Positions 61,847-64,000 of a stretch of DNA of 64,000 nucleotides are shown here, piece by piece. Within the stretch, counting starts at the first letter, position 1. Each line of letters opens with the position of its first letter. Where the stretch lies: NCBI GenBank assembly GCA_964415785.1, contig CAYQBU010000001.1, positions 1,152-65,151 on the forward strand, given 5' to 3'. Source of the DNA: an uncultured Bradymonadales bacterium. Its GTDB lineage: Bacteria > Myxococcota_A > Bradymonadia > Bradymonadales > Bradymonadaceae. Under the pieces are notes generated by a model. The model was given only the letters and a program-made list of their open reading frames with translations. It ran no database searches and was not told the DNA's origin. A program made the translations under genes and the position numbers.

Positions 61847-62549
61847 GCAACCCCCCATCGACATCCTCATCGTGGGGTGGAATCCCAACGGCGCCCGCCT
61901 CCTCACCGATCTTCTCTCCACAGACCCTGAGGCTCGCATCGCCATCCTGTCCTCCGGCCCCATCGAGGCCCCTCTCCCCCCGCTGCCCGACGCCCCCAGG
62001 CTCACCCATCAACTCACCCAACCCCGCCAACCAACCCCTTTCTCCGAGCTACCCATCACCGAGTCCACGGCCGCTGTACTTCTCGCCGACCGCACCCATC
62101 CCGGCTCCGACACCACCCTCGATGCCCGCACTTTTTTGACCGCCATGGCCCTTCGCTCCTCGCACGCCGGGTGCTACATCATCGCCGAATTACTCGACGA
62201 GACCAACCTCTCACTCACCGACGACGTGGGCATCGACCACTGCGTCTTGCCAGAGCATTTTACGGGCGCCATGCTCGCTCAGGTCACCCAGCATCGCGGC
62301 CTTTCTACCTTTTTTGATGACCTCTTCCGGGCTGGATCCGGCGTTCAATTTCGCGAGATCACCTGGGAGGAACTCGACCTTCCACCGCTCTCCGACTCCC
62401 CACGATTTGATGCCCTGGCCTCGCAGGTGATGGATCATACCAACCTCGCCCTCCTCGGGATTCGCCGCGACACTCAACTCTTCTTGCCCCCGGCCCCCAC
62501 CTTACCCATTCACTCTACTGACCATCTGATCGTGGTCGCCCCCCAATAG
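61830..62549 (+). CDS. Stand-alone RCK/TrkA-like domain protein, paralogous to the channel C-terminus
   Basis: ATG 61830 overlaps the channel gene by 17 nt. ILIVGWNPNGARLLTDLL parallels the channel's IAVLGWNPNGPRLIADL. Confidence 0.65.
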   Translation: MTTPPEQPPIDILIVGWNPNGARLLTDLLSTDPEARIAILSSGPIEAPLPPLPDAPRLTHQLTQPRQPTPFSELPITESTAAVLLADRTHPGSDTTLDARTFLTAMALRSSHAGCYIIAELLDETNLSLTDDVGIDHCVLPEHFTGAMLAQVTQHRGLSTFFDDLFRAGSGVQFREITWEELDLPPLSDSPRFDALASQVMDHTNLALLGIRRDTQLFLPPAPTLPIHSTDHLIVVAPQ

Positions 62550-62735
62550 TCCATACTCCCTGCTCTACCCACCGATGTGCCATCTTGTCACATCCCCTCT
62601 GACCCCAACGAAGCAACCCATGTGGCCTATCCATCCCGGGGCATTGTCCAGATCCACGCAAACACCCGAAAACCCTTGGTGATCGCCGGGACCCAAAGAT
62701 TTCTCCTCTCGCCTATTGGCCTCTGGAGCCGAAAC

Positions 62736-62751
62736 TGGTAAGCTTTTTGCA
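62736..62751 (+). promoter_or_regulatory. Candidate sigma54 (-24/-12) promoter
   Basis: TGGTAAGCTTTTTGCA versus the consensus TGGCACG-N4-TTGCW. The GG and GC elements have exact spacing and 10 of 12 defined positions match. It lies ~93 nt upstream of ATG 62844. Confidence 0.35.
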
Positions 62752-62843
62752 CAATATTACCAGCACGACATCAACGCTCCCTCGGGGAGTAGTGACAGAA
62801 CGGATTGAGTTTGCCGCTGACCTCATGCACTCGGACGACACTT

Positions 62844-63950
62844 ATGATGCAATCCATCAGAGACCTTCTCAAACCGGCTCGCCTCTCAGATATGGCTGCG
62901 CTCGGTCTTCTCCGTGGAATCGTCCACCTGCTCGGTGTCAGCACGATCTTTGTCCTATCCGCTGCCTGGGTCCTGCCCGGTGAGACCCGAGCCGCGCTTT
63001 GGTCCGCCTACGACACCGGTGCCCTGGGCATGATCCCGGTGGAAGCCCTTATTCACCTCGGCCTAAGTATCGCGGCCTGGTTGATGCTCTACATCGGTTT
63101 TAGGCTTTTGACCTCCGTGCCCGAGCAAAGCACTCCCCGCCTGGTCAAAGCGCAGGGGACGGTGATCGTGGAGACGATCATCGTGTTGCCCGTTTTGCTT
63201 CTTTTGATCTTTGGACTGCTGCAGTTAATCGTGCTCAATACCGCCGGACTCCTCTCCACGCTGGCCTCCTATAACGCGGCTCGCGTCGTCGCCGTTTGGG
63301 GCCCGGAAGCAGAAATCCAACGCAATGATGTCGACGAATCCCTGGTCGCTGAAAAGGCCCGAGTGGCCGCTGCTGCTGCCGTCGCCCCTGTGGCACCCAG
63401 CGATTACTTCATGAATCTGAGTGGGTGTAACGAAAGTGGCGACACGCTCGAACACTTCATCAATGGACTGGAAATGGACTATGGCGTGGGCATTGGTCCC
63501 ATCTCCTTTGGTCCCGCTGGTCATACCCAATTTCATAATACGGCTCCCATGACGGGCGCCACGGGGAACCTGTCGGTCCCCCGTGGGTTTGACACCTCTG
63601 ATTTTGAGACCCGTGGGCAGCGCAAGATGCACTTCGCCTATTGTGCGATGACGGTCCAACTCTCCAATGCTGCCACCGGCGAACAAGAATGCAGTGGCGA
63701 CCTCTGTGGTGAAGTCGATACTCCCACCGACGACAATGAAGACGCCTCCGGTGCCACCATTGCCTACCAGCAACATATGGCCTTCCCCATCGCCGAGCGT
63801 GTCTTCGGCAGTGGCGGCACCGTCGGCGGGCGCCTGGCTTACTACTCGACGATCACACGCTCCCATACTTTCAACTCCCAAATGGAGCCCAGCGATCAAG
63901 TTCCCGGCGGTATTGGCGGCACCATTCAAAATATCGCCGATTCCCTGTGA
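62844..63950 (+). CDS. TadE/TadG-like pilus-assembly-family protein with an N-terminal membrane extension
   Basis: AQGTVIVETIIVLPVLLLLIFGLLQLIVL is the TadE-like hydrophobic motif. It is preceded by ~110 aa with predicted TM segments. An alternative shorter start is ATG 63084. Confidence 0.55.
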   Translation: MMQSIRDLLKPARLSDMAALGLLRGIVHLLGVSTIFVLSAAWVLPGETRAALWSAYDTGALGMIPVEALIHLGLSIAAWLMLYIGFRLLTSVPEQSTPRLVKAQGTVIVETIIVLPVLLLLIFGLLQLIVLNTAGLLSTLASYNAARVVAVWGPEAEIQRNDVDESLVAEKARVAAAAAVAPVAPSDYFMNLSGCNESGDTLEHFINGLEMDYGVGIGPISFGPAGHTQFHNTAPMTGATGNLSVPRGFDTSDFETRGQRKMHFAYCAMTVQLSNAATGEQECSGDLCGEVDTPTDDNEDASGATIAYQQHMAFPIAERVFGSGGTVGGRLAYYSTITRSHTFNSQMEPSDQVPGGIGGTIQNIADSL

Positions 63951-64000
63951 GCATTTGCGGCCGCTTTCCCCGCCAAGTACTGGACCCCACTTTTTTTGCT

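Noticed and set aside
1-64000. Looked for CRISPR arrays, rRNA, tRNA, tmRNA, RNase P, SRP RNA, prophage, toxin-antitoxin or known defence-system gene sets.
   Set aside because: I saw no direct-repeat/spacer arrays and no conserved RNA signature strings in the intergenic regions. There are no reverse transcriptase, Cas, restriction-modification or phage structural motifs among the ORFs. Small RNAs cannot be excluded without covariance models.

Overview
G+C-rich bacterial chromosome segment with about 50 protein-coding genes. I found no rRNA, tRNA or CRISPR array. All calls come from reading motifs in the supplied translations and nucleotides by eye; no database search was run.

Lineage (inference only): the proteins are strongly acidic, with Asn/Asp-rich lipoprotein linkers, a MYXO-CTERM-like tag, DxCGxC Cys-rich repeats, FHA proteins, a sigma54-like promoter and a serpin. 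Together these suggest a marine Myxococcota/Bradymonadia-like organism.

Gene content in order:
- 5'-truncated CARDB-repeat/DUF1566 secreted protein and a PLD-family lipoprotein
- BtuFCD-like ABC importer
- Hypothetical protein with a very basic tail
- Long-form HflX and a double-FHA/TPR membrane protein
- TolC-MFP-RND efflux operon, divergent from a FadL-like porin
- TPR-like gene coupled to a lipoprotein serpin
- GldAFG-like ABC system running straight into bioD-bioF
- ABC1/UbiB kinase and a TonB-dependent receptor
- Three tandem paralogous polytopic membrane proteins plus a Cys-rich/GLUG lipoprotein
- Group II PLP decarboxylase and hemN
- Solo HUH-Y1 (RayT/IS200-like) transposase-like gene
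- CPBP-like membrane protein with a degenerate active site and an RNase-H-fold-like hypothetical
- 1872-aa envelope protein
- Alpha/beta hydrolase and an acyl-CoA oxidase-like protein
- HEAT-repeat protein and a pseudo-receiver/J-like protein
- def-fmt-rsmB-rpe housekeeping block
- Acylphosphatase, CAT-family acetyltransferase and HrpB helicase
- Kv-type K+ channel plus a separate RCK gene
- TadE-like gene at the window's right edge

Most unusual observation: the 1872-aa ORF carries a MYXO-CTERM-like sorting tag in its middle. The tag is followed in frame by a second signal peptide and a complete OmpA-family protein, so one precursor appears to encode two envelope proteins.

Other points worth a second look:
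- hflX N-terminal domain has no canonical start codon
- CPBP homologue has substituted catalytic residues
- About 34% G+C promoter island
- Long 3' region with a small unlisted ORF and a bidirectional terminator
- Structured spacers between the triplicated membrane genes
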